Positions 1 to 12,445 of a DNA stretch of 64,000 bases are shown piece after piece. Position numbers and translations under genes: made by a program. The stretch comes from Octopus sinensis (lineage: Eukaryota). The first letter of the stretch is position 1. The number at the start of each line of letters is the position of its first letter. Under the pieces are notes generated by a model. The model was not told the DNA's origin. It ran no database searches and saw only the letters and a list, made by a program, of their open reading frames with translations. The stretch spans positions 69,502,001 through 69,566,000 of the forward strand of contig NC_043005.1 in the NCBI RefSeq assembly GCF_006345805.1, given 5' to 3'.

Positions 1-780
1 CAGGAGTTCTTTTTATCTGCGGATGTATGAATACGCACTCCTTCAGTATTGCCTTGGTGATTTTTGGAAATTTGTCCTTCACATATTCAAAAACTCTTGA
101 GCTTTTTCCTGGCAGGTGTTTTTACGAATTTTTCCATGAGGCCAAGCTTTATGTGAAGAGGGAGAATAAGATTTTCTGGGTTTAAAAGTGGCTTACACTG
201 GACGCTAGAACTCCCGGCTCATGATTTTCGCAAAGGCCAATCTGATTGCACATAATGCCTGTTAGTTGCACGACTGTCCCATAGGCATAAAAAGCAACAA
301 TATTTCGTGAACCCAGATTGCATTCCCATCAACATTCCAATCAGCTTCAAGTCTCTACATATTTTCCAGCTGTAGTTTGTATACTTTATGGCATTGAGGA
401 GTACTTGCATGTTTTCATAACACTCCTTCATGTGCACTGAATGTCCTAAGGGAATGGATGGTTTCTTATTGTCATTGTGCAGTAGTACTGCCTTGAGGCT
501 TCTCTTAGAGGAATCAATGATCCATTGGCTATCTCCATATCATAGGTATTGCAAACAGCATTGTTCTCTTCCTATCATTTAGCCAATCCCTTAGCCCATT
601 TGAACAAGCTGAGCAGATGATGTGCGGGGCCAAACTCTTATTTGGATCCCCAAGAGAGCAGCCAAAGTGTAACTTGTAGATCTTGATTTCACATGTGATG
701 GCACGTTGCTCAGTTTCGGTGGTAAATGAACTACAGACATGACAAAATATATCAGGAATGTTGTTGCAATGCCTTGGCAT
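1..780 (-). pseudogene. Chapaev3-like (CMC superfamily) DNA transposase remnant, internally deleted, runs off the left edge
   Basis: Minus-strand translations give an N-terminal Cys/His domain (FCHVC...GDPNKSLAPHIICSAC...MIWR), then IDSSKRSLKAVLLHN, WKICRDLKLIGMLMGMQSGFTKYCCFLCLWDSR, LHIKLGLM and KFPKITKAILKECVFIHPQIKEL, with stops and frameshifts. Family assignment is from recalled motifs. Confidence 0.75.
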
Positions 781-1156
781 CTTGAGTAGGATATGATGAT
801 GATGATGATGATGACTTGGTAACTTAAACTGATAAAAATTGGTAGTTGACCACTGTTATCTTACATGCCTGTATGAATATGTTTGCTATATAGTGCCCAA
901 TAAACTTGTGGATTTGCAAATAAATGCAAATCCTTAAACTCGCATGCATGATTAATATACTAAAGTTATTATTACATAATGAGGATTCCGAAACGACCCT
1001 GGGAAAATGAATATATATATCTTTCATGCCTACTGATATAGTGAGAGAGACAGAAGTAGGAAATTACGAGATTCTTTACTGATTACTAAAATGAACGCAG
1101 AGCCTGAACGTGCTTTACCGGTAAACCAACAGGGGTATACAATTTATTAGCATATG

Positions 1157-1215
<59 letters not shown>

Positions 1216-2579
1216 ATAGATAGATAGATAGATATATCGATATATAGATAAAAACTGCGTGTGTATAAGTATGCATGTAGTGTTAAATGCTAAGTATAAT
1301 ATATAGAGAAACTATGAGGACAATATGTAATAAATATGAACTTAGATTAACATGTTCACTACAAGAAAAATAGTTTCAGAATTTCAGCCTTTGCAACTTC
1401 ATCAGAATAAATAGTTGGGTATAAAGTAGAATAATCCATTAAGTTGTGGGAAAGATTCCCGTATGCTCCGTAGCCGTAACGGGGAATTAAGAAGGGAATA
1501 ATAGGCTTGAATATTTACGTAAATATAGAATATAGCCGTAGCATGAAAGGGTTATACGTAGGCTTTTTGTGGATGCGTTAATATTTTAGAAATGTGCAAA
1601 TCCTTAGAGTTGTAATGTAGACTGGGAGGATTTTGTCTGTGCAGATGGCACATGTTTAAAGAAAACCTGAACGTAACGCGGCGAGAGGAGGCGCAAGTGT
1701 GAGTCAAATGGAACGGCAAGATAAATATGTAGTGTTTTATGTTTTACGTGTATAAGGGTAAACGTTTAAGAGGATTTTCAAGAGAGGAACATTTGAATTA
1801 AATAAGGAAAACAAGGTTACAAAAAGTTTGAATTTGTAAGAAAAAAATGTAAAGAAAATTTACAGAAAATTTATAATTACTTTTTCTGAAGGATTTTCTG
1901 AAGGATTTACAAGAAGTTTTAAAATTATTGTGAGATACTTGCTAAAGTATTAAAACACAAATCGAAGATGGGTCTATTGAAAAGCTGAAGCTTATTTGAG
2001 GTGTGATAGATATGTGCGCAAATATACTAAGCGAGAAAAAGAAATTTTAGTAATTTAGGGAAAAAAGTGAAAAACGTTTAAAACTATTAACAAGACACAA
2101 AACTGGTACAAAATCATAAAAGATTTTGTTAGATTTACTTACACGTCTTTATGTATGTAACTGATTATGTATATATGCGTATGTAAATGGGTATACGAGT
2201 ATATATCTGAGCAACTGTACTAAATCTAATAAATTGATGAGACTTGTGCGCTAAGTAACAGTAGGTATTGCTGAGAGGGTGGTGCAGTTTCTTGTTCTTA
2301 AATCCGTGATAAATATAATAGTCACGGTATTATTCTAATTTGTTTTAAGTTACGTATATTACATGTTTCCTAGCCTGCAGTAAATGTTCTGCTTAGGGAT
2401 TTCTGCAATAAACATATATACATGTGTATATATACCTACACACACACACACACACACACAGACAGACACACACACAGACACACAGACACACACACACACA
2501 TATGTATACATATGCGTATGTGTGAGTGTTTGTGTTTGTGTGTATATATATATATTTATATACACACACATACAGACAG

Positions 2580-2609
<30 letters not shown>

Positions 2610-2611
<2 letters not shown>

Positions 2612-3666
2612 AAGTATATACACATATATACATACATGTATACATATATATATATACAGATATACAATCACATATACGCACACACACACACCTTTATGTA
2701 TAAATATAAAGTCTGAATAGCAGTAATTGATGATGCAAAAATAAAAATATACCAGTAGACATGGAACTAATTTTATTTACTTTCAACTTTATATTATCTC
2801 TTATATTTAATTTGAGTTATGTTTTTGCACATCAATTTAGAGCCTCTCCGTTCTATGTCTAATCACATCTTTAAAACATCTCACTTAATTCCTTTCTGTT
2901 TTTCTCATTTTATTTGCGTTTTTCTCCTTATCACCAGTTTCTTGTCTTTATTTTCCCTCCTACTGAAGTGAAATAATCTGAGAAAATGTTTATCACATAA
3001 CAAGTGCTTTTACCTGCAAGGCATTAAATGGCAAATCTATTCTCCACTTTTCAACGTTTGGCACGTACAACTCATCTCAATTTTCATTCTAGTTCTGGAT
3101 TTCTATGTATTAAAATGGCTTGAGGGCAAGTGGCTTAGGGCAGCGTCAATAAGGAGAAAAGCACGTTGATTATTGGATCAATCACCAGCATTTAACTCAT
3201 AAAAAATTATTATAGAAATTCGTGCAATGTAGTAATGATTTAGAGCCTGGAAATATATATTTTTTCATTTGCATATATATTTGTATGAATTTTCATATTT
3301 CTCTGTGCGATAATATACATTAGATATCTTCAGCGATTCTGGGTTATGAAATAAGTGAGTTTGGGGGTAAGAAAGTGATTTAAGGCTATACTGGTAAGTA
3401 AAAAAATGATACAACGAAACGATAATATACGCATTCATTTATAAGCGATATTATAAGTTTGAGTTTAAACACGTAGTTTGATATCGCTTTTGCAGTCTTA
3501 GTAAAATTACTTGTATTTAATTAAGAACAAGTATAGAGAAATAACTAACATATGCACGAATTTAGGTTGCTGAATTGCAGCGTAAGACAAGCATACTTTT
3601 GATATATCCGCAATGGGATATGTACAATGTGACATACACACACGCACGCACAAACACACTCAAACA

Positions 3667-3724
<58 letters not shown>

Positions 3725-4794
3725 ATATATGTAAGTATATACACATATATACATACATGTATACATATATATATATACAGATATACAATCACATATACGC
3801 ACACACACACACCTTTATGTATAAATATAAAGTCTGAATAGCAGTAATTGATGATGCAAAAATAAAAATATACCAGTAGACATGGAACTAATTTTATTTA
3901 CTTTCAACTTAATATTATCTCTTATATTTAATTTGAGTTATGTTTTTGCACATCAATTTAGAGCCTCTCCGTTCTATGTCTAATCACATCTTTAAAACAT
4001 CTCACTTAATTCCTTTCTGTTTTTCTCATTTTATTTGCGTTTTTCTCCTTTATCACCAGTTTCTTGTCTTTATTTTCCCTCCTACTGAAGTGAAATAATC
4101 TGAGAAAATGTTTATCACATAACAAGTGCTTTTACCTGCAAGGCATTAAATGGCAAATCTATTCTCCACTTTTCAACGTTTGGCACGTACAACTCATCTC
4201 AATTTTCATTCTAGTTCTGGATTTCTATGTATTAAAATGGCTTGAGGGCAAGTGGCTTAGGGCAGCGTCAATAAGGAGAAAAGCACGTTGATTATTGGAT
4301 CAATCACCAGCATTTAACTCATAAAAAATTATTATAGAAATTCGTGCAATGTAGTAATGATTTAGAGCCTGGAAATATATATTTTTTCATTTGCATATAT
4401 ATTTGTATGAATTTTCATATTTCTCTGTGCGATAATATACATTAGATATCTTCAGCGATTCTGGGTTATGAAATAAGTGAGTTTGGGGGTAAGAAAGTGA
4501 TTTAAGGCTATACTGGTAAGTAAAAAAATGATACAACGAAACGATAATATACGCATTCATTTATAAGCGATATTATAAGTTTGAGTTTAAACACGTAGTT
4601 TGATATCGCTTTTGCAGTCTTAGTAAAATTTACTTGTATTTAATTAAGAACAAGTATAGGAGAAATAACTAACATATGCACGAATTTAGGTTGCTGAATT
4701 GCAGCGTAAGACAAGCATACTTTTGATATATCCGCAATGGGATATGTACAATGTGACATACACACACGCACGCACAAACACACTCAAACACTCT
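2610..4794. repeat. Tandem direct duplication of ~1.06 kb (2610-3670 and 3731-4794) bounded by (TA)n tracts
   Basis: Copies align almost perfectly; by eye one substitution and three 1-nt indels. Confidence 0.95.
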
Positions 4795-4820
4795 ATATAT
4801 ATATATATATATATATATAG

Positions 4821-4851
<31 letters not shown>

Positions 4852-4910
4852 ATATATCTTATATATATCCTTCAATACAAGTCACGAAAGTGACTCAAGT
4901 CACATATATA

Positions 4911-4955
<45 letters not shown>

Positions 4956-5859
4956 ATGTGTATGTGTGCTGGTCGCTTAGCCAGCGGGGTGGCGTCATTT
5001 GAAGGCTAAAACAATGCGAAGCGCATTGTGACCACGGATGTGTAACGACATCTGATAGTCTAGTCGGTCACTTGATCACGTGATATATATATATATCCGG
5101 CTCGTTCCCCTGCTCCCGCCCACGTTGCCGCACTTGCCCTTACCTCTCCAACACCACCCGCCTCACTAGCACCCACCATCGACCCTATCCCATCATCCAC
5201 TCCTTCACCTGCACCTCCAGCAATATTATCTATTGCATCTCTTGCTCTCTCTGCAATTCCTTGTACATCGGACAACGGGACGCCGCTTGGCTGACCGGTT
5301 CGCGGAACACCTTCGTGACATCCACCTTGCGAACGACACCCCGTCTCCCTTCGCCATTCGCTCCACCGGTCACTCCTTGCAACACCTATCTGTGTTCGGT
5401 TTGTCTTACACAGAGGCCATCCGGATTCCCGTTTGCGCCGTGAACAGGAATTAATCTTCTCTCTTCGCTCTTATACGCCATTTGGTCTCAACTCTCCCCC
5501 CTCCTCATCTAACCCCCCTCTCCTCCCTCCTCACCTGTCCTTCCCCCCGACCCCTACTTCTTCAGTCCTTCATACTTCACCCTACTCCCCTTCCCTTCTT
5601 CCCTCTTTCTCTCTCCCTCCTTCCCTCTTCCCCTTCCTTCTGCTCCCTCACTCCCCTTCTCTCTCCCCCTCTCCATCTTTCCTCCTTCCTCCCCCATCCT
5701 CCCCTTCCTTCTCCCCTCCTCTCTCTCCCCCATCCTCTCCTCTTCCCCCCTCTCCTCCCCCCTCTTTCCCTCCCCCTCTCTCCACCTCTCTTCCCCCTCC
5801 CCCCTCTTCTCCTCACTACACCACACGACTTTACACATCACATCATATATGATGTGCCA

Positions 5860-6180
5860 TACTAATACATACACCAAATAATACATACTAATACATACTA
5901 ATACATACTAATACATACACCAACCCTATACATACACACGTCCAGACCCCTCATACGCACTTATACTCTCTCATACACACACACACACACACTTATATAT
6001 ACTCATACGTACTAATACATACTAATACATACTAATACATACACCAACCCCATACATACGCACGTCCAGACCATTCCTACGCACTAATACTCTCTCATAC
6101 ACAGACACACACCCTTATACATACTAATACATACACCAACCCTATACATACACACGTCCAGACCCCTCCTACGCACTATT
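5860..6180 (+). repeat. CATACTAATA 10-mer arrays embedded in three ~95-125 bp higher-order units
   Basis: The core CATACACCAACCC(T/C)ATACATAC(A/G)CACGTCCAGACC recurs near 5914, 6035 and 6128. Confidence 0.85.
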
Positions 6181-6360
6181 AGCTGGCCCTTCAACCCTAT
6201 TATCAACCCTATTATCAACCCTATTATCTCCCCTTATTTCGCTCTCGCGTCTCATGTTTGATCTTTGACCTCTGGCCGAAATCAGATCGTCATGTTGATT
6301 CGTTAGCTACTGCACGCATTTTTTCTCTCCTTCTTTCTGTGTTTTTTTTCTCTCTGTGTA

Positions 6361-6398
6361 TCTTTCTGTTGAAGAGCGTAGGCTCGAAACGTTAAAGA
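6361..6398 (+). ncRNA. Minimal type I hammerhead ribozyme motif in PLE pLTR (A6U variant)
   Basis: TCTTT-CTGTTGA-A-GAGC[GTAG]GCTC-GAAA-CG-T-T-AAAGA: 5-bp stem I, 4-bp stem II, palindromic ACGT stem III. Confidence 0.6.
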
Positions 6399-6497
6399 CT
6401 TGTTTTATTTATATTTCCTGAGCGCCATACTAATACAATTGTTCGTTTGTTTTCCACCTGCCTTCGTCTTTTGTCTATTTTCATAAAGCTTCCCGTT

Positions 6498-6752
6498 ATA
6501 TATATATATATATATATATTATATATGTGTGTGTGTGTATGTGTGTCTGTACGTGTGTGTGGGGGGGGGCGTGTTTGTATGTCTGTGTTTGTCCTCGGAT
6601 GCTGGTGTGTTTATGATCCCGCAACTTAGCGGTTGGGCAAAAGAGACCGATAGAATAGGTACTAAGGTTACGAAGAATAAGTCCTGGGTTCGATTTGCTC
6701 GACTAAAGACCGCAGTCAAATGACTGAAACAAGTAAAAGAGTAAAAGATTAA
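6498..6752 (+). mobile_element. SINE family A, 3' half starting at its internal microsatellite
   Basis: GCTGGTGTGTTTA...AAAGAGACCGATAGAATA...CAAATGACTGAAACAAGTAAAAGAGTAAAAGA, matching the copies at 16818 and 17995. Confidence 0.9.
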
Positions 6753-7050
6753 GAGAATATATATATGAGCGAAATACATATTAATATAATGTAAATATTT
6801 ATTCTATTAGGCAATGCAGGATGAGTGTCTCATAGTAAATAAATATATAAGTTTTCAAGTTGGAGCATTTAAAAGTGTGATTGCATCAGTATTGTGCAAC
6901 AAAATTGTATTATCATGTATTGGTATTCAAGTTGTTAATTTCGAATTAATTATATTTCAAGTCAATTGAGGAAACAAAATATTTTAAGTTCATATTGGCA
7001 TGTCATTCCTTTAATTTCTTTCATTATTCCTTCACATTCCTTATGGAAAC

Positions 7051-7087
<37 letters not shown>

Positions 7088-7699
7088 TGTGTATCTGGGT
7101 GTTTGTGTGTGTGTGTGTATTTGTGTTTGTGTGTGTATGTGTGTGTTTGTGTCTGTGTGTGAATATATATTTTCATGTTCTTATTATGTGTAGTGGGCGA
7201 ACAAGTTTGATTGTGTGGGTGTTTTGGTATAAAAGGTGCATTCATATTGTTTAAAAGACACAATAAGACATAGGTCCACACCAATAGATGTGTACGTGAG
7301 TTCACATACGTATACGTGTGACTACTTGAGTGTCATAACATGAAAAGAAACAGAATTATTAATGGGACAATATTTCTTAAAGAACGTCCTTAGGAAGGCG
7401 AATGACACACTCCATGGTGCTCTGAGCACTATTTTTAAGAAGTTGTGTGAGCACAAAGATATATGCAGTCTGAGACATACAAAGATACACTTCTGTGCAT
7501 GTGTGTATGCGTGATTACGTATCTGTTTGTTTCTCTCTGTGTGTGTATGTGTGCATGTGTTTGTGCGTGTGCATTGTATAGACTATCAAAATATTCAGAC
7601 TCCCGATGATCAACAGAATGCGAGGCTCTATTTACCAGTTAATGATCGGAAAACCGTACGGGAGAGCGGAGATTTTCAATCATAGCGATCATATTTATA

Positions 7700-7771
7700 T
7701 GAAATGATAGAGAAGGTGAATGGAATTCATATATATATATATGAATTCCATTCACCTTCTCTATCATTTCA
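7700..7771. repeat. Perfect 72-bp palindrome centred on (AT)n
   Basis: 7701-7730 is the exact reverse complement of 7741-7770, and the ATATATATAT centre is self-complementary. Confidence 0.95.
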
Positions 7772-8234
7772 CTTTCGCTGTTTACAGCACTGCTTAGAAG
7801 GAAGGTGTGTAGCGTGTGATCCTGACTACTATAATTACCACTGCATTCACCACAAGTGCTGAAATCTCAGTCAATCTTCCACCATCGTCCAGAATGTCAT
7901 CACTAGGGCACTCACAACACAAGTATTTGGTAGAACGGGGTCACTGGACATTTGCCTATCCTTCAATGGCAAGGGCTATATTATCACAGATTCGTTTCAC
8001 TGTATTCCTCTGAAGATAGGTATTTGCACCCAATTTTAAAAAGTTTTTTTTAATCATTCTGCATTATTAGTAGATTACATTATTTCTTATTTCATTTATT
8101 ACTCTGCCTCTTCATTACAATGCTTTCAGTGAATTTTTGCTTTAAGTCCACTTTTGACTAACTTTTTTCTCTCTCTCACTCTCTCTCTTTCTCTGTATAC
8201 AAACATAGACACACACACACACATATACTTTTCT

Positions 8235-8436
8235 ACTGTAGGCACAAGGACCAAAATTTTAGGGATGGTGCTAGTCAATTAGATCGAGCCCAGTACGCAA
8301 CTGGAACTTAATTTATCGACCCCGAAAGAAGGAAAGGCAAAGTCGACCTCGGCGGAATTTGAATTCAGCGTAAACACAGACAAAATACCGGTGAACATGT
8401 CATTCGGCGTGCTAACGTTTCTGCCAGGTCGCCGTC
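8235..8436 (-). mobile_element. SINE family B (tRNA head, Nin/Deu-like core)
   Basis: Minus strand has A-box-like TGGCAGAAACGTTAG, B-box-like GAATTCAAATTCC and core GAGGTCGACTTTGCCTTTCCTTCTTTCGGGGTCGATAAA; many copies in the window. Confidence 0.85.
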
Positions 8437-8473
8437 GTACACACACTCGTATCAATATACGCATATATATATG

Positions 8474-8511
<38 letters not shown>

Positions 8512-8512
8512 T

Positions 8513-11116
8513 AGATAAGAAAGTTTGTTTGGTAAAGCACGTGGGTGAATATATAAGAAAATAGTAAAGTGTGAAAAAACGACAGAAGGCTTAAATGTTA
8601 AAAAATATATATATTGTGTCAAAATGTCTGTAGAATATGGGAAAAATTTTTTCTCCCTTTCCTTAAAATGACATAATTTAAAAAATTTTTAAAGAAATTA
8701 CCGGTTTCGCGTGTAGCTTTTCAAATTTCTTGTGATGTTATGTTTATATTGCATGGAATTATCGTTGTTTTTATTTCCAGAAGATTTCTAAATAAGGGGA
8801 GGTAGTGAGTGATTTTTTCCGGTGTAGGGGAGATAATCGCTTACAAATTTTTTTTCCCTTTTCCTTGTTAATTTCTCTGTGTCAGTATGTTCGGATGGTT
8901 GAGTCTGGGTTTGTACTTTTCAATGAAGAATGTTTCCTTGTTCAGTCTCATTTGTGTTGATGATACGAAAGCACATTGGTAAAATGGGAAGATTAAAAAT
9001 TGTGGCAGTAGTTGCTTTGCGCATTTCTCAATGTGCTCACTAAAAGGTATCATTCTATATTCTGGGAATGCAATCTGTTGTCGATGCAGTGTGCATCTGC
9101 GCCTGAGTGATAGTCCCGTGGAGCCCACGTAGTCTTGGTGGCAGCCCGAGCATTTAATAACATAAATTATGTGTTCAGTCAGAGGCACAAGTAAAGTTAG
9201 ATTTGATCTTAAATTTCTGTCCCTCTTTAAAGAAGAATTCTGATCCTTCCAATAGGTTAGGACATGTTGCATAGTTCGATCTACCACATTTTTTTACTTT
9301 TGCATCCGTAATTTTAGAAGACAATTTTGCCTTTGTGAGAATCTTTTTAAGTGATTTAGGCTGTTTGTAGCTTTTAATGATTTGGTGTATGTTTAGAATT
9401 TCCTTTAATTTTGGGTTTTTATGAAGTATTGGTAAATTCTGGGTGATGATGGTGAAGGCTTCTTTGTTTCTGGGGTTGTATGTAGATATGTAAGGTAGTA
9501 TTTTCGGGGAAGGTGTGTTGTTGTGTTGAACTTTTCTTAAAGTTTCTTAAAGTTTCTATGTTGATTTCTGTTGCACGTCTGATCCCATCCTCTATGAGTT
9601 GAGCTGGGTAATGTCTGTCAATTAGGGTGTTTCGCAAAAGGGCTCAAATTTACACCAACTCCACGCAGAGCAAACCTAAATGAACTCAAGGATAATATAA
9701 CAGAATTTTGCAGAAAATTAAGACTAGCAGAAGCATCAAACAGTTTCAATACTGAAGATGAATCACTAGTCAAGAACAAAAGTGAACACATCCCACACAG
9801 AGGAAGAAATAAAGATCTTGACGAATTCTGTAACCACATTGAGAACTTCCCCTACCATACTATACATAAACAGAAAGCTAACCCAAATTTTAACACTACA
9901 CAATGGAAAGAACTGATAGAACTCAAAATGATGAAGATATAACCATTAAGGAAGCGGACAAGGGAATGCAGTTGTAATAATGGATACATCATACTACAGA
10001 AATCTTGTATTTCCTCCTGCTTGATGAAGACCTACATTATGAAAAAATTACCACTACAACACCCCACAAAAAATAATGAAAACTCTATCTTCACTAATTA
10101 AAACCCATGAAAAGGAACTGACAACCAAAGAGATTGATTTCCTAACAAACTTTAAATGCAACCTAGCCTTTTCTATGGTCTGCCAAAAATTCATAAAAGT
10201 CAAATTATAAATGAAACCATTAAAAAATCACCAAAGACATACATACACACACCTAATCCGGGGGACCTAAAACTACGACCCATTGTAGCTGGCCCAACCT
10301 GTGAAACACACAGACTAAGTCTACTTATGGACATCCTCTTGAAACCCTTCCTTAAACATATCGATAGCCATATCAAGATGACTTAGATATGTTAAACCAC
10401 CTCCCAAAAAAAACCAAGGAAGAAACAATCCTGGTTTCATTTGATGTAGTCAACTTGTATACCAGTATACCTCATAATTATGGACTGGAGGCAATACAAT
10501 TCTGGTTAGACCAATTTCCGGAAGAAATACCAAAAAGGATCAGTAAGGAATTCATTACTAAATCAATTGAATTCATCCTACACAATAACCACTTCATGTT
10601 TGACAATACATTTTACCGTCAAAAATCCGGAATTGCTATGGGTACAAGGGCAGCACCAGTCATTGCGAACTTAACAATGGGATACATGGAAATAATAATT
10701 TACCAGGAATCTCTATCAATCTTTGGAAACCCCTCTCTCAATACATAAAGAGAATTGGAAACGATTCCTAGACGATTGTTTCATTCTCTGGAATGAAAAC
10801 ATAGATAAACTCCTAAAATTTAAAAACCTATTGAACAGCATAAACCCAATATTCAGTTCACAATGGAATACAACCAAAAGGAGCTCCCGTTCTTGGATAT
10901 ACTAATTAAAAAATTAACCTTAAAATAGAAACAGACATTTTTTACAAGCCACAGACGCCAAACAATACCTTCTTTTTAATTCATGCCACCCAAGACACAC
11001 TAAAACAAACATCCCCTTCAACCTTGCAAGAAGGATATGCACAATAGTGTCAGAACAAAATACCAGGAACTTTAGCCTGCAAGAACTCAAAAACACCCTA
11101 ATTGACATACATTACC
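8513..11116 (-). mobile_element. Near-complete Neptune-type Penelope-like element with inverted 5' segment (RT on plus 9633-11116; thumb/GIY-YIG/pLTR on minus 9632-8513)
   Basis: Plus strand: KGLKFTPTP, EADKG, YGLPKIHK, LRPIV, SFDVVNLYTSIP, GIAMGT, RFLDDCF, LPFLD. Minus strand: NTLIDRHYP, KCGRSNYATCP, IIYVIKCSGCHQDYVGSTG...KYKPRLN. Several frameshifts. Confidence 0.9.
8692..8731 (-). ncRNA. Minimal type I hammerhead ribozyme motif with U3:A8 compensatory core
   Basis: Minus: AAGAAAT-TTGAAAA-GC[TACAC]GC-GAAA-CCGG-T-A-ATTTCTT. Stem I is 7 bp, G10.1-C11.1 is present, stem III is palindromic ACCGGT, cleavage triplet GUA. Lies ~140 nt downstream of the PLE stop codon. Confidence 0.7.
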
Positions 11117-11138
11117 TTTGTAGCTTTGTCGATTTGTA

Positions 11139-11447
11139 GCTGGTCGATTCAATAGACCCCAGTACGCAACTGATACTTAAGTTACCGACCCCGAAATTAT
11201 AAAAGGCAAAGTCGATCACGGCAGAACGACGAAATACCTATTTGTTTACTACCCACAAGGAGCTAAACACAGAGAGGACAAACAAAGACAGACAACCAAT
11301 TAAGTCGATTATATCGACCCCAGTGCGTAAATGGTACTTATTTAATCGACCCCGAAAGAATGAAAGGCAAAGTCGATCACGGCGAAATTTTAACTCAGAA
11401 CGTAGCGGCAGACGAAATACCGCTAAGCATTTCGCCTGTCCTGAAAC
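11139..11447 (-). mobile_element. Two adjacent SINE family B copies (partial 11139-11238; fuller 11260-11447)
   Basis: Both contain GACCCCGAAA...AAAGGCAAAGTCGA and ACGAAATACC blocks shared with 8235-8436. Confidence 0.85.
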
Positions 11448-12445
11448 GCAATATTGCATCATGAATGTTTTGATACTGATTTTACAGAATATTTATTTAA
11501 TCGATTAATGCTGACCTGGATATAACATTGCTTCCTTCCTACAAATTTATGAAGTCAAAGGATGTCTGAATCAGTATAGTCATTGCCATAATATTTTAAT
11601 ATATTTTCATATATCGTTATGTCCAATGTTAAATTATAGTCATTATATAGAACCAACCTCGAAGAGCACTAGTACCGTCAGACAGATCTACATTTTGAAC
11701 ATGTATTTAACAAAATCCTATTATAGGAACTATGAGAAGAAGAAATATATGTCGGTTATTAATAAGAACCTTTATGAATTTTTAAATAACGTTTAGAGTG
11801 TGAACTAAATATTAAAATCGATAATGTGAAAAAAAAATAAACAATAACAAACATTCTCTGCATGACGAAATGAAGGAAATAAAAATACGAAAGAAAAAAT
11901 AAAACTATGGAAGCGCTGATCCCTCTATAATATTGTGTATAATATTTAAAATTATTGATCGATATAAAGAACAATATAGCTGGGAATATTAGATGCATTT
12001 AACCCCTTTAAATATTACAGAAAATAATAATTAAATATCGATCTTTATAGATTAGTGAAGAATCCATATGCTGTGCATTGGAACGATAAATTGAACGAAA
12101 GTGTTGGAAACTTGTTGGTGAGAAGTGAATAAGGAAAACAGTGATTAATAAACAAAAATAACAATAAATCTGTATAAAATGGAAGAAGTAAATGTGTTTC
12201 TACTGAATGTGTGAGCAAATGAAGGAAATATATAAAGGGATAGACTAAATTGAAAACACTTCTGAAATGGAAAGTCGAGTCAATGAGAAAGTATATATAT
12301 TGATGAATTGAAGCACTGCAAGAAACAGAGGTCCGTGTATTTATAATACTACAATCAAGAATTGTCAGTAACGTACAGGGTAATATACATAATTTGGTTA
12401 AATGATGGCCCTAAAATGACAAGGAATACAACTGATGTTGGTCTA

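Larger units (their letters stand above)
5098..6497 (+). mobile_element. 5'-truncated Penelope-like element (Neptune-type): GIY-YIG endonuclease remnant, low-complexity 3' region and pLTR
   Basis: Frameshifted PGSFPCSRPRCRTCPY...SFTCTSSNIIYCISCSLCNSLYIGQ(T)GRRLADRFAEHLRDI...EQELIFSLRSYTPFGLNS (5098-5495). Followed by a polypyrimidine tract, tandem repeats and a hammerhead-bearing end; (TA)n on both flanks. Confidence 0.85.

Noticed and set aside
1365-1415. Minus-strand CTGATGA...GAAA hammerhead-like string
   Set aside because: There is no complementary stem I and no palindromic stem III/NUH; at best a decayed relic.
1400-2360. Possible very old PLE C-terminal remnant on minus
   Set aside because: Only vague resemblance; no unambiguous RT or GIY-YIG motif could be read.
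2359-2720. Many YI/HT/CV-rich ORFs in the track (also 3575, 18017, 25130, 34933, 44187, 47618, 50066)
   Set aside because: They are translations of (TA)n/(CA)n microsatellites.
5433-5886. Pro/Ser-rich and Gly/Arg/Glu-rich ORFs
   Set aside because: Translation of a polypyrimidine/polypurine low-complexity tract.
5860-6230. Short repeat arrays as CRISPR or telomeric repeats
   Set aside because: No unique spacers, not TTAGG(G)-type, and eukaryotic context; they are PLE 3' tandem repeats.
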